Part shown: positions 49,491 to 63,720 of the stretch, in pieces
Layout of the letters: every line of letters begins with the position of its first letter
Position numbering within the stretch: position 1 is the first letter of the stretch
Assembly (NCBI GenBank): GCA_965113315.1
Contig: OZ220371.1
DNA: 64,000 bases
Reading direction: 5' to 3' (one strand)
Origin: Podarcis vaucheri
Taxonomy: Eukaryota
Program-made: the position numbers and the translations under genes
Notes under the pieces: generated by a model
What the model was told of the DNA's origin: nothing
Databases searched by the model: none
The model's input: the letters and a program-made list of their open reading frames with translations, nothing else

Positions 49491-51664
49491 CTTCAGACCT
49501 CTATCTTTACCCTTCTCCATCTGAACCACTCCTCTCCTTTCCCCCTCTTCCTCAGTCTCCGGGTCCTTTCACGTATCTTCTCTCAGCCATCTTCTCCAAC
49601 TATTGCTTCTCTCAGGCCTTTCATGGGATCTGCAGGGTAGTTGGCCGGTTTCCCATCATGAAAGTGGGGCTGCCCCAGGAGGAAGCGCCTCAAAAGAGCC
49701 CAGGCACTACCATTTACATGCTATGGAAAACTGCCATCTGGACATAGGTCAGAACCACTGTGGTGCAACGCTACAAGCACATTAACCAGAAGCCATAGAC
49801 TCCGGAGAATTTTGTGTGTGAGACAGCTTCCTAAATCAGTTTAACCAGAAACTGAGTTTTGCCTGCATAAAAACAACCCTAGGCTGAATTCACAGGGTCC
49901 CATTTGGTGCCAGCATCACTACAAGATTACAGATGGAGTTGGAGATGAAACATGATCCAGAAAACCCCGTTCCACAACTGATTATTAAAGGGACTGTAGA
50001 ACATAATGGGTTTTCCTCCTGAGGGAGGAAGGTGTTGGCTTCTGTTTTTAACTGCTTTGTTGGCTAGGAAACATGTTTGTAATACCACCCTTTGAATTCC
50101 ATGTTTGAAGAAAAAGAGTTAAAGGGCAACTCATCCAAAAAATAGGAGAGAGAAGGATGCTTCCTACTTGGCAGTTTTCACCTGATCGTGGCAAATCCAA
50201 TACCAGTGGAAAGCCTTATCACTGCAATACACTTTGATTTATGCTGCACTTCGACCAAGACAGGCTGATCAAATTAGGGAGCTGAAATTGTTCTGCCGCA
50301 TTGCTGCCATGTGCCCAGGCAGCCTAACCAAAATAATGACTCCTTCCTACATATTCACGGAAGGTCAAAATGGTTGGGATGATTCGCAAACATTTACCAT
50401 TATTCAGCTTTTCGCGGCGTATGTCAAATTATGTGAATTACAAACCCCAGACTTAAAAGGAAACCTGCTGTTGTCAGCACATCCGAACAGCTTCTCTCTT
50501 TTTTAAAATGGGCTTGCCACAACAATGCAGAACATCTGAAATGAATTGTTATAATCACATGGCCTTTCATCTTGAAATGTTAATTAAAGCCAAGACTCAC
50601 AAGTGATAGAGATGGATTTGTTTCATGTTAAGTGGCTACCCCACTTCAGGGCTGCCTCCAATATAACTCCCCACCCCCCACATACATCTGCCCCTACATG
50701 TCAAAAAGGGCTTCCCTTCATTTCCTTATTTTTTACAGCTTATAAGTTGCCTTTTGGTCCCATAGAGCCTTCACCTCATTACGCTAAATAGCACAGCATG
50801 TGCAGTATGGTCACTGTCCTTTTAAGAAAACGGCTCTGTGAGGTTACATTTTCACCCCCTAATGAAGCCCTTGCCAATTAACCTATTACTCTCCTTTTCC
50901 AGTTAACACACAACTCACCAAACTCAGAGGACTTTGTGTGCAGTCTTCATTGTGGAGCTCACTTTTTCTCTAGAGTCCTCAGGTTTATAACTGTATATGC
51001 CAGGTTGGCAGCTATTATACCAAATTATAGATGAAAGTTGCTTCACTATATATCAACGGAAAATGCACATTCCTTGAAGGTAGATCAGCCCATATTTAGC
51101 TAAAGGGAAACATTTGAACTCTGCCCTAATTCTTGGAACTTCTTTATGGTGATAACCAGCCACAGATGGTTTTTGAAATCCAACAAACACCTACATTCTT
51201 TCTTGCAAATACTTGAAACATTCATTTTTTCCCCTCCCCTAATTTAGGAGTAAGAGTAGATTTATTATTATAGGAATGATTCCAATTTTTCTTGAAATGT
51301 TGTTAGGGAGAAGCTTTGAAACTGTCCCATTTCAAAGAAATGAGAACAATTATAGTTTACTTCATGACACATATCTGGCTCTTTCAACATCATCAACTAA
51401 GAGTTGGGAACTAGAGGCCTTTGAGTCAAATTGTGGCCATCAAGGGATGCCAAGGTATTCTCAAAGCAAATGTGGTATGAAGAAAGCAGCATTTGTGTAC
51501 TTGAACCTGATGGCAGACTCTTTTATAAAGTGAGGCATTGGCTATGCTTTACTTCTCAAACTGGTCCTCTGGAATGCATCACATTCTTTCAGACACTGAT
51601 TCGTGTTACAACAAAAGCCAAGAATATATGCCTTTTGATTTCTTTCTTGCTCCTTAGATCTTTC

Positions 51665-51811
51665 CAGTGGCGTAGCATGGGGGGTGCAGGCGGGGGCGGC
51701 CACACCGGGCACAACATCTGGGGGTTAGGGTTAGGGGGCGCAAATCCATGGGCTAGGGGGCGCAAATTACTTGCCTTGCCCCGGGTGCTGACAACCCACG
51801 CTACGGCACTG
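51665..51811. mobile_element. Short hAT MITE, same TIR family as 20184
   Basis: cagtggcgtagc / gctacggcactg; perfect TSD gatctttc at 51657-51664 and 51812-51819. Confidence 0.93.
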
Positions 51812-52213
51812 GATCTTTCACTATGTAAATCTCTAACTGTTTAAAATCGCAGCATTAGAACCCGCCCATCTGAGTCCACTACAGCAACATCCCTGATGGC
51901 TAGCCATCCAGCTGTCAAGGTCAAGCCATTGTCTGAGACAGTTTGGTGCACCCTCAAGCAGCTTGTTTCAATGGTATGTTCTACCTACCTTCTGTTTAGT
52001 CTAAATCCTTTCCCAGACCAATACATGAAGGGTGAGGGGTACACGGTGGGCAGGACCGTACTTTACCCATCTACCAAATTTGTATCTTGCCTTTCTACAT
52101 TTGATGCTCAAGGCCACTAGTGTCACAAAAGTACAGAATAAAATGATCGTATAAGGGCAAATCATAGCATATACATTTTAAGAGCTGCTCAGGGGAATCA
52201 ATGAAACAGTATA

Positions 52214-52430
52214 CAGTGGTACCTCTGGTTAAGAACTTAATTCATTCTGGAGGTCCGTTCTTAACCTGAAACTGTTCTAACCTGAGGTACCACTTTAGCT
52301 AATGGGGCCTCCTGTTGCTGCCGCCACACAATTTCTGTTCTCATCTGAAGTAGAGTTCTTAACCTGAGGTACTACTTCCGGGTTTGACGGAGTCTGTAAC
52401 CTGAAGCGTTTGTAACCCGAGGTACCACTG
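52214..52430. mobile_element. Tigger-like MITE
   Basis: TA|cagtggtacctc...gaggtaccactg|TA. Confidence 0.92.
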
Positions 52431-53330
52431 TACATGGTAAAACCCAGTGGTGGAGGAAGGGGGTGGGGGTGCAGTCCACCCCAGGTGTCATCACTGAGGG
52501 GGGGGGTGACAAAATGAGTTTTAGAAATAAACATAAAATTGGGCTCACAAAACTTTTTGGGAGTGACGTGGTGGCTTAGGTGCCTGCAAGTTCCACCCTG
52601 CCTGAAAAGGCAGTGTGGGACTTGTGTCTGCCTACTGTCTCTCCCTCAGCAGCCCTACAGCTGAGGGGGAGGCAGCAGAGAGGCTCCAAGCGTTGGAGAG
52701 GCTCAACCCGTCCCCATGGACAGCTCGCCCTGCCCCCATGGGTGTGGAACGCCCTGCCACCGGCTGAAGGACATGCCTCTGCACCAGGCACTCAAGCAGC
52801 TAGCTACGCTGGTAAAACCATGCCCTTTTCCCAGCTAGAACTCACTTCTGGCGTCTCTCAGGTTGGTGACATCACCACCCTAAGAGAATGAGGTTTTTCA
52901 TGGTGAGTTCTGCCACCTCCTTTTCTAGAAAAACAACACTGGGTAAGACAAAAGCCAGCTGAAAAGCCAGTTGAAAACAAACAGTGGAAAAACGAAACAG
53001 ATGAGGCCTGCCCAAATCAAAGGTTAGCAGAAGGGTAGAATGAGAATGTCAAAGTCTTGGAGCAGCCACTGAGGAGACCCCTCTTTCTGGAATCTACCCC
53101 AAACACATTTTAGATGTTTGTGGGATGGAGAGAAGGGCATCTCTGGAGGAATTCAACCCTCCATATTAGGATGAGTCACATACCAACGTCAAATGTCCGA
53201 AAAGGAGCTCAAATGATGTGAATTCATGTATGATCATGTATGATCACATTCAGATGCATGCTGAAAAACTTAAAACAATTCAGAATTCTACTCAATAGCC
53301 TCAGAAATGGATGTATTCTATCAATATGAA

Positions 53331-53333
<3 letters not shown>

Positions 53334-53369
<36 letters not shown>
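53334..53369 (+). repeat. (GA)n microsatellite
   Basis: Direct reading. Confidence 0.95.
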
Positions 53370-53372
<3 letters not shown>

Positions 53373-54243
53373 CTTGTGCACACATGAGGTTCCTCCAGAG
53401 ACTGAAATACAAATACAAATGTTGACTCAGAAGCATGATGTGAACAAAAAGCCATTGTTATAAAGCTGCCTTAACTCCCCACTCCATCCTTTTGCTTCTT
53501 TTGACCTCTCTGGAGCTTTCTTAATGTACAGCTGTTTACAGAGGTTTATTAATATCTTAAAGGATAGTGCCTTTCCATTCTGTGGAATTCAAAGTGCTGC
53601 TCACTTATCACCCCGGTATATTAAGTATTAATATTTTTTTTAAGTTGCATGCAGCAACTGGTATGCAGCAGCTACCATTAAAGCACCTAAAAAATAATAA
53701 TCAATTCAAGAGTGGCTTTTAACAGAGTGTGAAGGACAGAGGGGGTTATAAATGGAACTGCTGACAGGCCTGATCGCTTGTGTCCCGAGTGCTGTTGTTG
53801 CTGGAAGATGCATTCGAGCTTTCAGACACATCCTGAAATGGTTCAGACAAGAAAGCCCTGAACTAATGTGGTTATTCCTCCTTGTATCATGAGGTCATAT
53901 CAGGAGTCTGAGCACCTGTCCCAAGACTCTGTTATCTAACATGCTTTTAATATCCTGACCCTTGTCATAGGAACAAAAGCAACGGTAAAATATTTTGAAA
54001 GGCACAGTAGGAATTCTTACTCAGAAAATGAGGGGAATTCAGGTACGTATACACATGTCAATTGTAGCTCAGGGAGAATTGGTGGTAAAAAGTCACAGAA
54101 ATCCCACTTATCCCCATTCTGAGTAGGATATAGCTTGTAGAGTGGCAAAACTGACCATCCAAGAAAGACTCTCCTCCATCTCACAAGAGGATGATCTCTG
54201 TTCAGAGAGTCCCTGTCCAAAATTGTGGCCAGGCATTCCCAGA

Positions 54244-54276
<33 letters not shown>

Positions 54277-54915
54277 TATTATATTTATTTATACCCAGCC
54301 ACTCTGGGCGGCTCCCAACCAAATATTAAAAACACAATACAGCATTAAACATTAAAAACTTCCGTAAACAGGGCTGCCTTCAGATGTCTTTTAAAAGTAA
54401 GATAGTTGCTTATTGGCTTGACATCTGATGGAAGGGCATTCCATAGGGCAGGTGCCACTACCAAGAAGCCCCCCCGCCTGGTTCCCTGTAGTCTCACTTC
54501 TTGCAGTGAGGGAACCGCCAGAAGGCCCTCAGAGCTGCACCTCAGTGTCTGGGCTGAATGATGGGGGTGGAGATGCTCCTTCAGGTATACTGGGCCGAGG
54601 CCGTTTGGGGCTTTAAAGGTCAGCACCAACACTTTGAATTGTGCTCGGAAATGTACTGGGAGCCAATGCAAGTCTCTCAGGGTCAGTGTTATATGGTCTC
54701 GGCAGCCACTCCCAGTCACCAGTCTAGCTGCCACATTCTGGATTAACTGCAGTTTCTAAGTCACCTTCAAATGTAGCCCCACGTAGAGCGCATTGCAGTA
54801 GTCCAAGTGGGAGATAACTAGAGCATGCACCACTCTGGCGAGAGAGTCCGCAGGCAGATAGGGTCTCAGCCTGCATTCCAAATAGAGCTGGTAGACAGCT
54901 GCCCTGGACACAGAT
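54244..54915 (-). mobile_element. L2 LINE 3' portion with (ATG)n tail
   Basis: Minus ORFs SVSRAAVYQLY...LDYCNALYVGLHLKVT and AARLVTGSGCRDHIT...ALWNALPSDV...FKRHLKAALF; (CAT)n at 54244-54276; same family as 7685. Confidence 0.93.
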
Positions 54916-56959
54916 TTACAAGATATGGACATTGGCTGAGAGCATTTCTTGACTGACCTCATAGTTATATTTACACAACCTTTATTTCTCCCACAATTTC
55001 TACTTTTTAAACCACTCTTCATCAATTTATTAAAGAAATTATATTTGGAAATTATCAAAAGGAAGTATTCTCTGGTGAATTTCCCATAGGTTGGGTGCTG
55101 AGTTTCCCACACATACCTACCTTCCTTTTGAGGCAGCTGAAGTGTTTTTATGAAAGGCCTTCCTTTACTCACCAGTGGTTTGCATCCTGCAGCCTTCCTG
55201 GGTACCTGGGCTTTTTTGAAACACGGGCATCCAGGAAGGCTGCAGGATGCAGACCACTGGTGAGATTATTGCTAGTTTTAAAGCAAGGCCAGGAGAAGAC
55301 ATCATATGATAACTCCTCACATGCACTTTTTCTGATCTTGGAGTATGAGCATCCAGGGAGGCTGAAAAGTACTGCATAAATATTTACTGGAAAGAAAACC
55401 AGAGACCATCCTCAGCCAGCTGTCAATAATAAGGTAAGCTTAACATCCCTGAGAATGAAAGAGAAATGGAAGTTTCTTTTTGAGGTTTTGGCACAGCACC
55501 ACATATTTCTCATGTTGAATAACCTTTGTAATAATTTCTACATTTGTGGACATGCTCAAGTCCTCTAAACATGTGAGCCATGGTTTCTTTATTACCATTT
55601 AGAATGCATTTGTAAGGATCATGCAAATTCTTCAGATAAATTTTCACAGCACATCAGCATAAATTTCATGGAATAGCTGATAGCTGCAAATGTACTAAGG
55701 TGTTTTCAATGCAACACAAAATGTAGTATTCTGAGTTGTGAATCTTTCTTTTTCTTTCTTAAAAAAATGCATCAAATTAAAACTTGCTATGGATCTATAT
55801 AATATCAGCATGTGTGCAATACATATTTAAGCTTTTCACATATATTTTATCAACAATCTTTACAATAGTGCTATAAGTTAGACTGTTTTTATTACCACCA
55901 TATTGAAGACAGGGTAGGAGTTGAAAGGAGTAATGGTTGCCTAAGGTCACTATGAGATTTAAACCAGGAATTTCCTGCTTTGCTGAGCACTTACATTCTT
56001 AGTCACTGTGCTTTAAGAGATCATCATCATCATCTATGTATAATGAAATATACATAGAAATGAGGTATAGAAATGAGGATGATCCAATGAAAACTGCTAC
56101 AACAGAATTCTGATAAGTATGAAGGTCTCTTACCACTCTGTGTTTCCATAGTCCTATCAAGGATCCTGTGTAGCACACAGCCATCATAGACTGCATTATA
56201 ATTACAGCAGTCTGGAAGACTTTCCTGTAACACAGGCTGACAAAGATGAACAAAGAGTCTGAGATGTCAGCAAAAACCATTGCCTACTGCTTTTTCTAAG
56301 TATTTGAGGCAAGAACGTCTAGGATCTTTAAGAGGCAGGCAGCAGCCTACTCAAACTGGAATGAGCTGAACTTCTTTCCTAATGGGAAACAGCTCGACTG
56401 ATTTCTAAACAAATCCAAAATCCTTAATAACCCCACAAACCCGCTTCAATTCTGTGCATACTCCATGTTGCCTCAAATCTTCCCTTCTCTATTGCAAGCA
56501 GTCATAGGAAGGGAGAAGGAACAGGACAAGAGGCCAAACCCTTAAAAACTGCTGGTGAAGGAAGATCCCTGCATCCCTTAGGGGATTCCTTAGGGCAAGA
56601 CAGTTCCCTGTGGCATGGTAGGTTTTCCTCCATCAATCAGAAGCAACTCAAACATTTGCAAGCAACTGAGTTCATAGATTCTCTCAAGTCTCAAATGATC
56701 CTTGGCTGCAGAAAAATCCTTTGGCCAACAGAAACCCAGGTGGGATCACTCCTGACCACAAAAATTCATTTGGTGGGCATAGAAGCTGGAATGGGTTTAA
56801 GCCGTATATTCTTCTCCAGCTGACATTTCAAAGTGAACCAGAGATGAATGCTGGGGTCTCATAATGCTCACCTGTTTCTTAAAGGGAACATTATGAGTCT
56901 TCTAAGCTCACAACAGGCCAGAACCTGGCAAATTTTCTCATAACTTGCGAGCAGCAACG

Positions 56960-57097
56960 ATTTATTATTCATTTATTTATTATGTTTATACCCCATTTTT
57001 CCTCCAAGACACTCCAGACAGCATACTTGGTTGTCCCCTCCTTATTCTCATAAAACAGGTTAGGCTGAGAGACAGTGAGCTGAGCAGTGGTCTCCCA
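56960..57097 (-). mobile_element. Old core-SINE (MIR-like) remnant
   Basis: tttataccccatttttcctccaag...ggttgtcccctcc...aggttaggctgagagacagtga. Confidence 0.6.
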
Positions 57098-59046
57098 AGT
57101 TGTAGTCCTACAATTTAACAAATACAGTATGCTGGCTCTTGATGATGTCAAAGGCCATGATAAAACTCTGAGATCATTATCAAGGTTTCTTCTGCTCTCT
57201 TTGCAAACATATCAGATCCCGTTTCTCCTGTTTCCCATCATGGGGAAATAGATGCATTCATGCTAAAATAATTTTCAGGTCCGCTTCATTCTGAGAGGTT
57301 GGACGGTTGCAATTTACATTTACATATGGCAACAAGGGTTCTCAGGTTCAAGAAGATCCCCTTCCTGTTCCACAGCAAATCTACATGATAGACTTGCCAC
57401 AACCGTTTCCATGTGGCAAATTATCAGTGCCAAATGCTATGATATCTAGAGTGCTTTATGTGGTTCCTCACCAATGTGTGAAACCTTTTGGCATTCTGGG
57501 ATGCATCTGTTGATAGGGAGGAGTCCTGCCCCAGAAGGGTACAAAAGTAAGTGGCAAGCCATCCTTGATGTTAGAACTCACATGGAAGCTGTTTGCAGCA
57601 GCCTCCCCACGGAAAATAAAAGACATACAAGCTAAACCACTGCAGCTACAAGCCAAAAGATGTTTCAAGGGAGAAGCAGCATCAGTCTGCATAATGTCCT
57701 TCAGGCATTTCTGCTGTCCCAGAAAGCTGTATGTGACTCTAACCTACCTTCAAACATAAACCCCGCAGAGATTTTAGAGTTAAAAAAAGGTGACACTTGG
57801 AAGTACCTTTTGAACTCGTGTGTTCAATTGAAGTGACCCTACTGGGTGTCACTACCCATGGATTTATGACTGAAGGCTATAGACATTGGGTTTGTGCACC
57901 ATGAGCATGCCAATACAATTTTCCTTTCCCTTGGCTGGAGTGGTAACTTATGTGCTCTACTGATTCAATTTGTATATAAAAAAATGTGTTCTTCCAGAAT
58001 TCCCAAAGGCCACCCAGAGCAGACAGATTTTTTTTTCCCTAAAAGAAAAAATATAGAGTATCCTTCAAACCATGTCTTGAGTAAAAGGGGACAGGAAACA
58101 CTCTTGGGGGGGGGGGAATCAGATTATTCTGTTTCTTGTACTTCACCTGTTTCAAAGTCATAAGCATACTTGGGAGTCAAAAATCATACCTGGAATTATT
58201 ACATCTCTAGGACCTGGGAAGCCAAGTTCTTGCATTCGCTTCTTCTTCTAAAAAAAAGTAGAAACTGTATTTCCAGGCATTGTGCTGGTTTTTCTTAATT
58301 TCCTTAGTTCGTAATTAGATTTCAGAAAAGAGTATCACCAAAATATCAGAGACTTCTCAAAAAGAGATGGGGCAATATCCAGAGTGCTGAGGAATTCAGC
58401 AAACTCATCACACCAGAGTGTTTCTAATTTTGTCCCTCTCCAATAGAAGTAGTCTTTTTAGGACAGGCAATTGGTTCCAAGCTCTGTTTTATTGATTGGT
58501 CTATATGTGCATCTCATTAAAGGAGACAAAACAACAGCAAAAAGCTCTTTCACTGTAATTTCAGGGAAAAAAACAATCTAATAGTGGAATGGAAAAAAAT
58601 AAATAAAGGCTGATGCATCCACTATTGATACACCCTGTAAATAACCATCATAATAAGACCTAAATTCATAACCATATGGCACGCTTTCATAAAATTTATT
58701 CCTCCCTGTTCCCCTCCCAATTTAAATGTTCACTGTATTCAGTCTCATCATGAAAGATACTTCAGAGGTTGTAGCGCAAAGGCCATTTTCAACATTCAAA
58801 ACTTTTGCTACATGATTAACTTTGACCCTCCATGAGGTTACATTAATGTAGAAAATGTAACATGTTGTTCAGACCTTCCATAAAAATAGCTGCACTTGTG
58901 CAGCAGAAGAAAATCTCTTGACCAGAGCTCTACCAATGTCCCAGAAGTTTGACCACAAATCTGTGGCTGCCCTGTGTCACACAATTTTTTCTCTATGCAA
59001 ATATGCCATTGGGGACTGTCAGGGGGAGAGTAATTTGAATTTCTGA

Positions 59047-59251
59047 TAAAAAAATTCCTTCCAGTAGCACCTTAAAGACCAACTAAGTTAGTTCTTGGTA
59101 TGAGCTTTTGTGTGCATGCACACTTCTTCAGATACCTGCATGCACACGAAAGCTCATACCAAGAACTAACTTAGTTGGTCTTTAAGGTGCTACTGGAAGG
59201 ATTTTTTTTTATTTTGACTATGGCAGACCAACACGGCTACCTATCTGTAAC
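59047..59251. mobile_element. Penelope-like element with inverted (fold-back) termini
   Basis: ~70-bp inverted arms (59048-59120 / 59137-59209), 3' end atggcagaccaacacggctacc; flanking direct repeat ttgaatttctga at 59035-59046 and 59252-59263. Confidence 0.85.
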
Positions 59252-59879
59252 TTGAATTTCTGAGCAAACCTTCCTTGACCAAACCTTCCTTGCACTACCA
59301 TTCTTTCCTGGCCATTGTGTGGAAACAGCAGGTTTGAGAACTACCCTGTTTCTTTCCACCTCTACTTTATGACAAGGTGTATATTGGAGCTATCACTCGT
59401 TCAGCCATTTTGCTTGTTTGCCACTTTCCCCAATCCTGCTCAAAGTTGCTTACAACAAAGAAAACAATGTGTTTCAAAACCAAACCGTGCAAAAAGAATT
59501 CCCTAACAACACGACAAAGCAACACAATAGCAAATATACCCCCCAAAAAATTCAGAACTATAAATATAACAAGATTACATAGAACTCAACTATCCTGCTG
59601 CAAATAAAACATTTCAAGAGTGTTGTAAAGTGCAATAAACAAATGTGAGGCTAGGTGGCGATGGTGAGCTATAGCAAATTCAATATATTTTTCAAAACTT
59701 TTTTTTTAAAAAAAAAACATTTTCACAGTGTTTTTTTATATGTGTGTAGATTCCACCATAAACACCATGCAGCAGCCAATAGCAAAAGTCAGAAGGGAGT
59801 TTCACTGTTTCACCTTGGTCCAAGAAACACCCCTCCCATGATATTCACAGTCCCGCTCCTGTGGCAGCTTCTTATAAGG

Positions 59880-60012
59880 CAGGCATGGCCAAACCTTGCC
59901 CTCTAGATGTTTTGGAACTAGAACTCCCACCATCCCTAGTTAAGGACCAGTGGTTGGGGTGATGGGAATTGTAGTTCCAAAACAGCTGGAGGGCCAAGTT
60001 TGGCCATACCTG
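59880..60012. mobile_element. hAT MITE
   Basis: caggcatggccaaac / gtttggccatacctg; perfect TSD ttataagg at 59872-59879 and 60013-60020. Confidence 0.93.
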
Positions 60013-62740
60013 TTATAAGGCTTCCATTATAGATGGCTCACAACACTTTCTTCAGAAGAACATTTTCCCTGTCTCTATCTAAGAGAAGTCAAGCTCTTGA
60101 TTGAGAGAGTGTCAACACCTGCTATTAAGGGGGGTGGGGTGTCAAACTTTTTCTACTCCAACAGGGTTTGGAGACATCACATGACAAATAACTTGCAAAT
60201 TTGAACTGTTGGGTTTGTTTTTTTAAGGGATATTAAGGGCCAAAGTTATGACCTCAGACATAACAGGTAAGTTTAACATTTAATGTGCCCTGTATATAAA
60301 TTGAGAGGTAAAATGACTACATAGAATAAGTGCCTTAACATTTGGACACACTTTAAATTTTCCTTATGGGTGAAATCGAGCATTTTAGCATACCTTGCCT
60401 AAAATTTGCTGGGCCGCATAAGATTTTGGGGGCTAGATTTGGCTCACAGGTCATCTATTTTCAAAGCACATCATCATAGTGCTGAGTTAACTTTTTATTT
60501 TTATTTTAAAAAAGTCCTGAACCATGACTTAATGATATTTGACCAGGTTTCTTAATTTTATAGCTCTTACTTTGATGGAATTTACAATTATTGTCTCTCA
60601 ACTGGCAGCCAATTACTATTCCATCAGTGATTTTTTTATTTTAATTCTGCCTTTTCAATTCTGTTTCACAGCTAAGCACAAAGCACCATTTTTGAGCTTC
60701 AGGCTTTATAAGTGTGCAGTTGCTGAAATTATTGGCATTTTACTCCTTTGAACTGAAAAGCTATTTAATAATTCTTTAGTTCACTATGTACACAGCAGAA
60801 ATACAATAAATATATCATCTTAAGGAAGAACGAAAAGAGTGAATCTCTCTTGTTCTCTCTCTGTACTGTAAGTTTACCGTCTTCACCCTTTGAAGGCATT
60901 ATACACGATGCTGAGATCATGGGTTTGTTGGTCTAGATTGAAGAGTTTTAAAACAATAACCTTCGGGCCTTTTAATTGCTTTTGAAAGTGAGTAGCTTGC
61001 AATAAAAATCATGTGGGCAAATTGCTACATTTATAGGTATTGTTTCTCCTAGTTCCTTGAATACCAGATTCTACATTTTTCTGTCCTTTAGGACCACCTG
61101 TTGCATATCTGCTCCCCCACACTCAAGGAAAGTAGAAAAAAGCAATATTGATATATGCAAGATCCTGGAACGCAGGGGACTGGATAAATTTATAATCTCA
61201 AACCCTCCATGGCAACAGGCTTCTACACACACACACACACACACACACACAAATGTCCTGTATCTCCCTAGCTCTCTAAACACCTCTAACACAAAATCTC
61301 ACTTCTGTGCGTAACCTATGCCCACTTGACTATAGTGACATAGCAAGGTCAGGTGGTTGTGTGGCAAGGCCCCAAAACCAGCCCCTCGTTAGAATAAAAT
61401 TCACACTGACATAGAATTTTGGTTTAAGGTTATTGGGCAAAATTTTAGGCCACAACTTTATTGATTACAGAAATGTGAGCGGTATTGGCTTAGGCATTGG
61501 CAAAGGGCTATATCGGTCTCCTGCCCCCTTTTGCAGGAAGTCAGTAAGGGTACACCACCCGAAGAGGAAGCCACATCGAGGGAACCCGCCTGTAGTTCTC
61601 CTCGGTGTTCTCTAGAGGATCTGCAGAAGCTTGCTCTTTTCAGGAATTTTTCAGGCACATTAAAGGTCAGTAGTACTATCCTAAATATGTCTGTTCAGAA
61701 GTCATATTGAACTGAATTGCACATGTAAATGGAGTTAGGATTGTGGTCTTTCACATAGCATGTCCTTGAATTTTGGTACCCTTTTTCTGAATTAAAAGGT
61801 CACTATCACTGACTAAGAGTAAACTTAGTTGAAGTAAGAGCACAGATAGGCACCTTGTGGCCAAATAAATATTTTCTTCTACAGAACACTCGTAGTTCTC
61901 ACACACAGCACATGGTTTGGGAATTATGATACAAACCTTTTATTTACCAAGTTAGGTGCATAATGTGTAGATGATATTATTCTACTCAAATCGTTTGCAC
62001 GTGCACACTCAAATACTGGTATTTATATGCTATTACCAGAAGTTTCTAGCCCAAGATGGGAAAAGCTGCAATGCTTGAAAGTTAAAGATAATGTAGATGT
62101 AAACAAGCATGTCAAAGGCTTGCAACAGAAAAAAACAAACAGCATACATATAGAAATACTAAAGAAGAGTGCATTGGGGTGGTTCTGTTGTATTTGTCAG
62201 AAAGAAGAACGTCTAATAAACTAGAAAACCTAAGAAGAACAATCTCTTACGCAGATTCGATATGGATTGACTACCAAGCAGCCAATGTAATTATATTGCT
62301 AGTCCATATTTCCCCTCCCTATTATAAGATTCAGAGCAGTAGACATTAGTGATCCCCAAAGCTATCAAAGTCAATTTTGTCCAGTTTGTCCCACTTCTGC
62401 ATCCGTTTGCCACTTCTAATAAAGTTGGTTCATATGCACTTTCGCATGCCCAATTCCATATACATTCTCACAAGCAACTCCCCCAAAATATAATGCATTT
62501 TACTAGATAGGAATGCATTGCAAAATTCAGAGAGGGATGCCTCTTGAAAGACAGCTGTATTTGGTTTGAATATTGGTCTGGGAAATGAAAACTAGGTAGA
62601 TTCACATTAAAATGCAAACCAAATAAAATTCTGTCCTATACCTAGCATAGTTATAGTTCACAGATCCAAGCATGAACCAGACCCAATCCTGCTCTGGTAC
62701 AGTAAGATTTCCTGCATCTGGTGCCCATTAGCTCCTGACA

Positions 62741-62913
62741 NNNNNNNNNNNNNNNNNNNNNNNNNNNNNNNNNNNNNNNNNNNNNNNNNNNNNNNNNNNN
62801 NNNNNNNNNNNNNNNNNNNNNNNNNNNNNNNNNNNNNNNNNNNNNNNNNNNNNNNNNNNNNNNNNNNNNNNNNNNNNNNNNNNNNNNNNNNNNNNNNNNN
62901 NNNNNNNNNNNNN
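62741..62913. other. Assembly gap (173 N)
   Basis: Run of n. Confidence 1.
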
Positions 62914-63169
62914 TAGATATTCAGTCTTTGTTGGATTAAAAACAAACCATGCACACAGTATTACAAATATATTAAGGTTGAAGTTATTTATTATAAGAGT
63001 AGACATTGCATCCATATATCTTGTGTGCTGAAGTACCTTTTATTTGTACATTAAAAAGATCTGCAGAACTTTCTGTAATGTCATTTCAATGGGCAGATTT
63101 ATGAAAATTTTCAGCTCTCTTGATCTGTGGTTCTGATCAGAGAAAGAAATCAGCCCAACAGCCATACGA

Positions 63170-63720
63170 CGAAAGTGTTGTCATTATGGGCAACTTCAAT
63201 TACAGTCATATTCACTGGGGAAGTCATATACATTCAGGTTATGACAAAGACACATTTTCTAGAGATGATAAATGACAGTGCCTTTGAAGAGTGGGTTGTG
63301 GAGCCAACGAGAGGGAGGCAAGCCTTGACTTAATTCTGAGTGGTTTCCAGGATCTCACACATTATGCAGCTGCTCCTGAATCGCTCAGCTACAGCTAATA
63401 GAGTGCCAAAACAGTGCTATCAAATTCATCTTTAAGTAACTGGAAAGCTGCCCAGAAAAATCCAGCATGGTCAACACTTAATTTCAGAAGAGAATTTAAT
63501 TAAAAGCTAGTTGAAAGGGACAGTCAAGAGGGTCAAATCTCTTCTGAATACTTTGAGGTTACTTAAAACCACAATAACAGGAGCTCATTTAGAACACATT
63601 GCATAGATTAGGAAAGTTAGGGACAAGTTCAGAAGGATGCCAGCATGGTTAATGAGCAGAGTCAAGGGAACTGGAAAAGAGGAGATGGCTTCCTTTAAAA
63701 AAGTGAAAGTCTTAGAAATA
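63170..63720 (+). mobile_element. Old CR1 LINE ORF2 fragment (APE endonuclease C-terminal region)
   Basis: VVIMGNFNYSHIHW (GDFN motif), a frameshift, then FLEMINDSAFEEWVVEPTRG...LDLIL-like sequence and a ...MPAWL motif further on. Confidence 0.8.
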
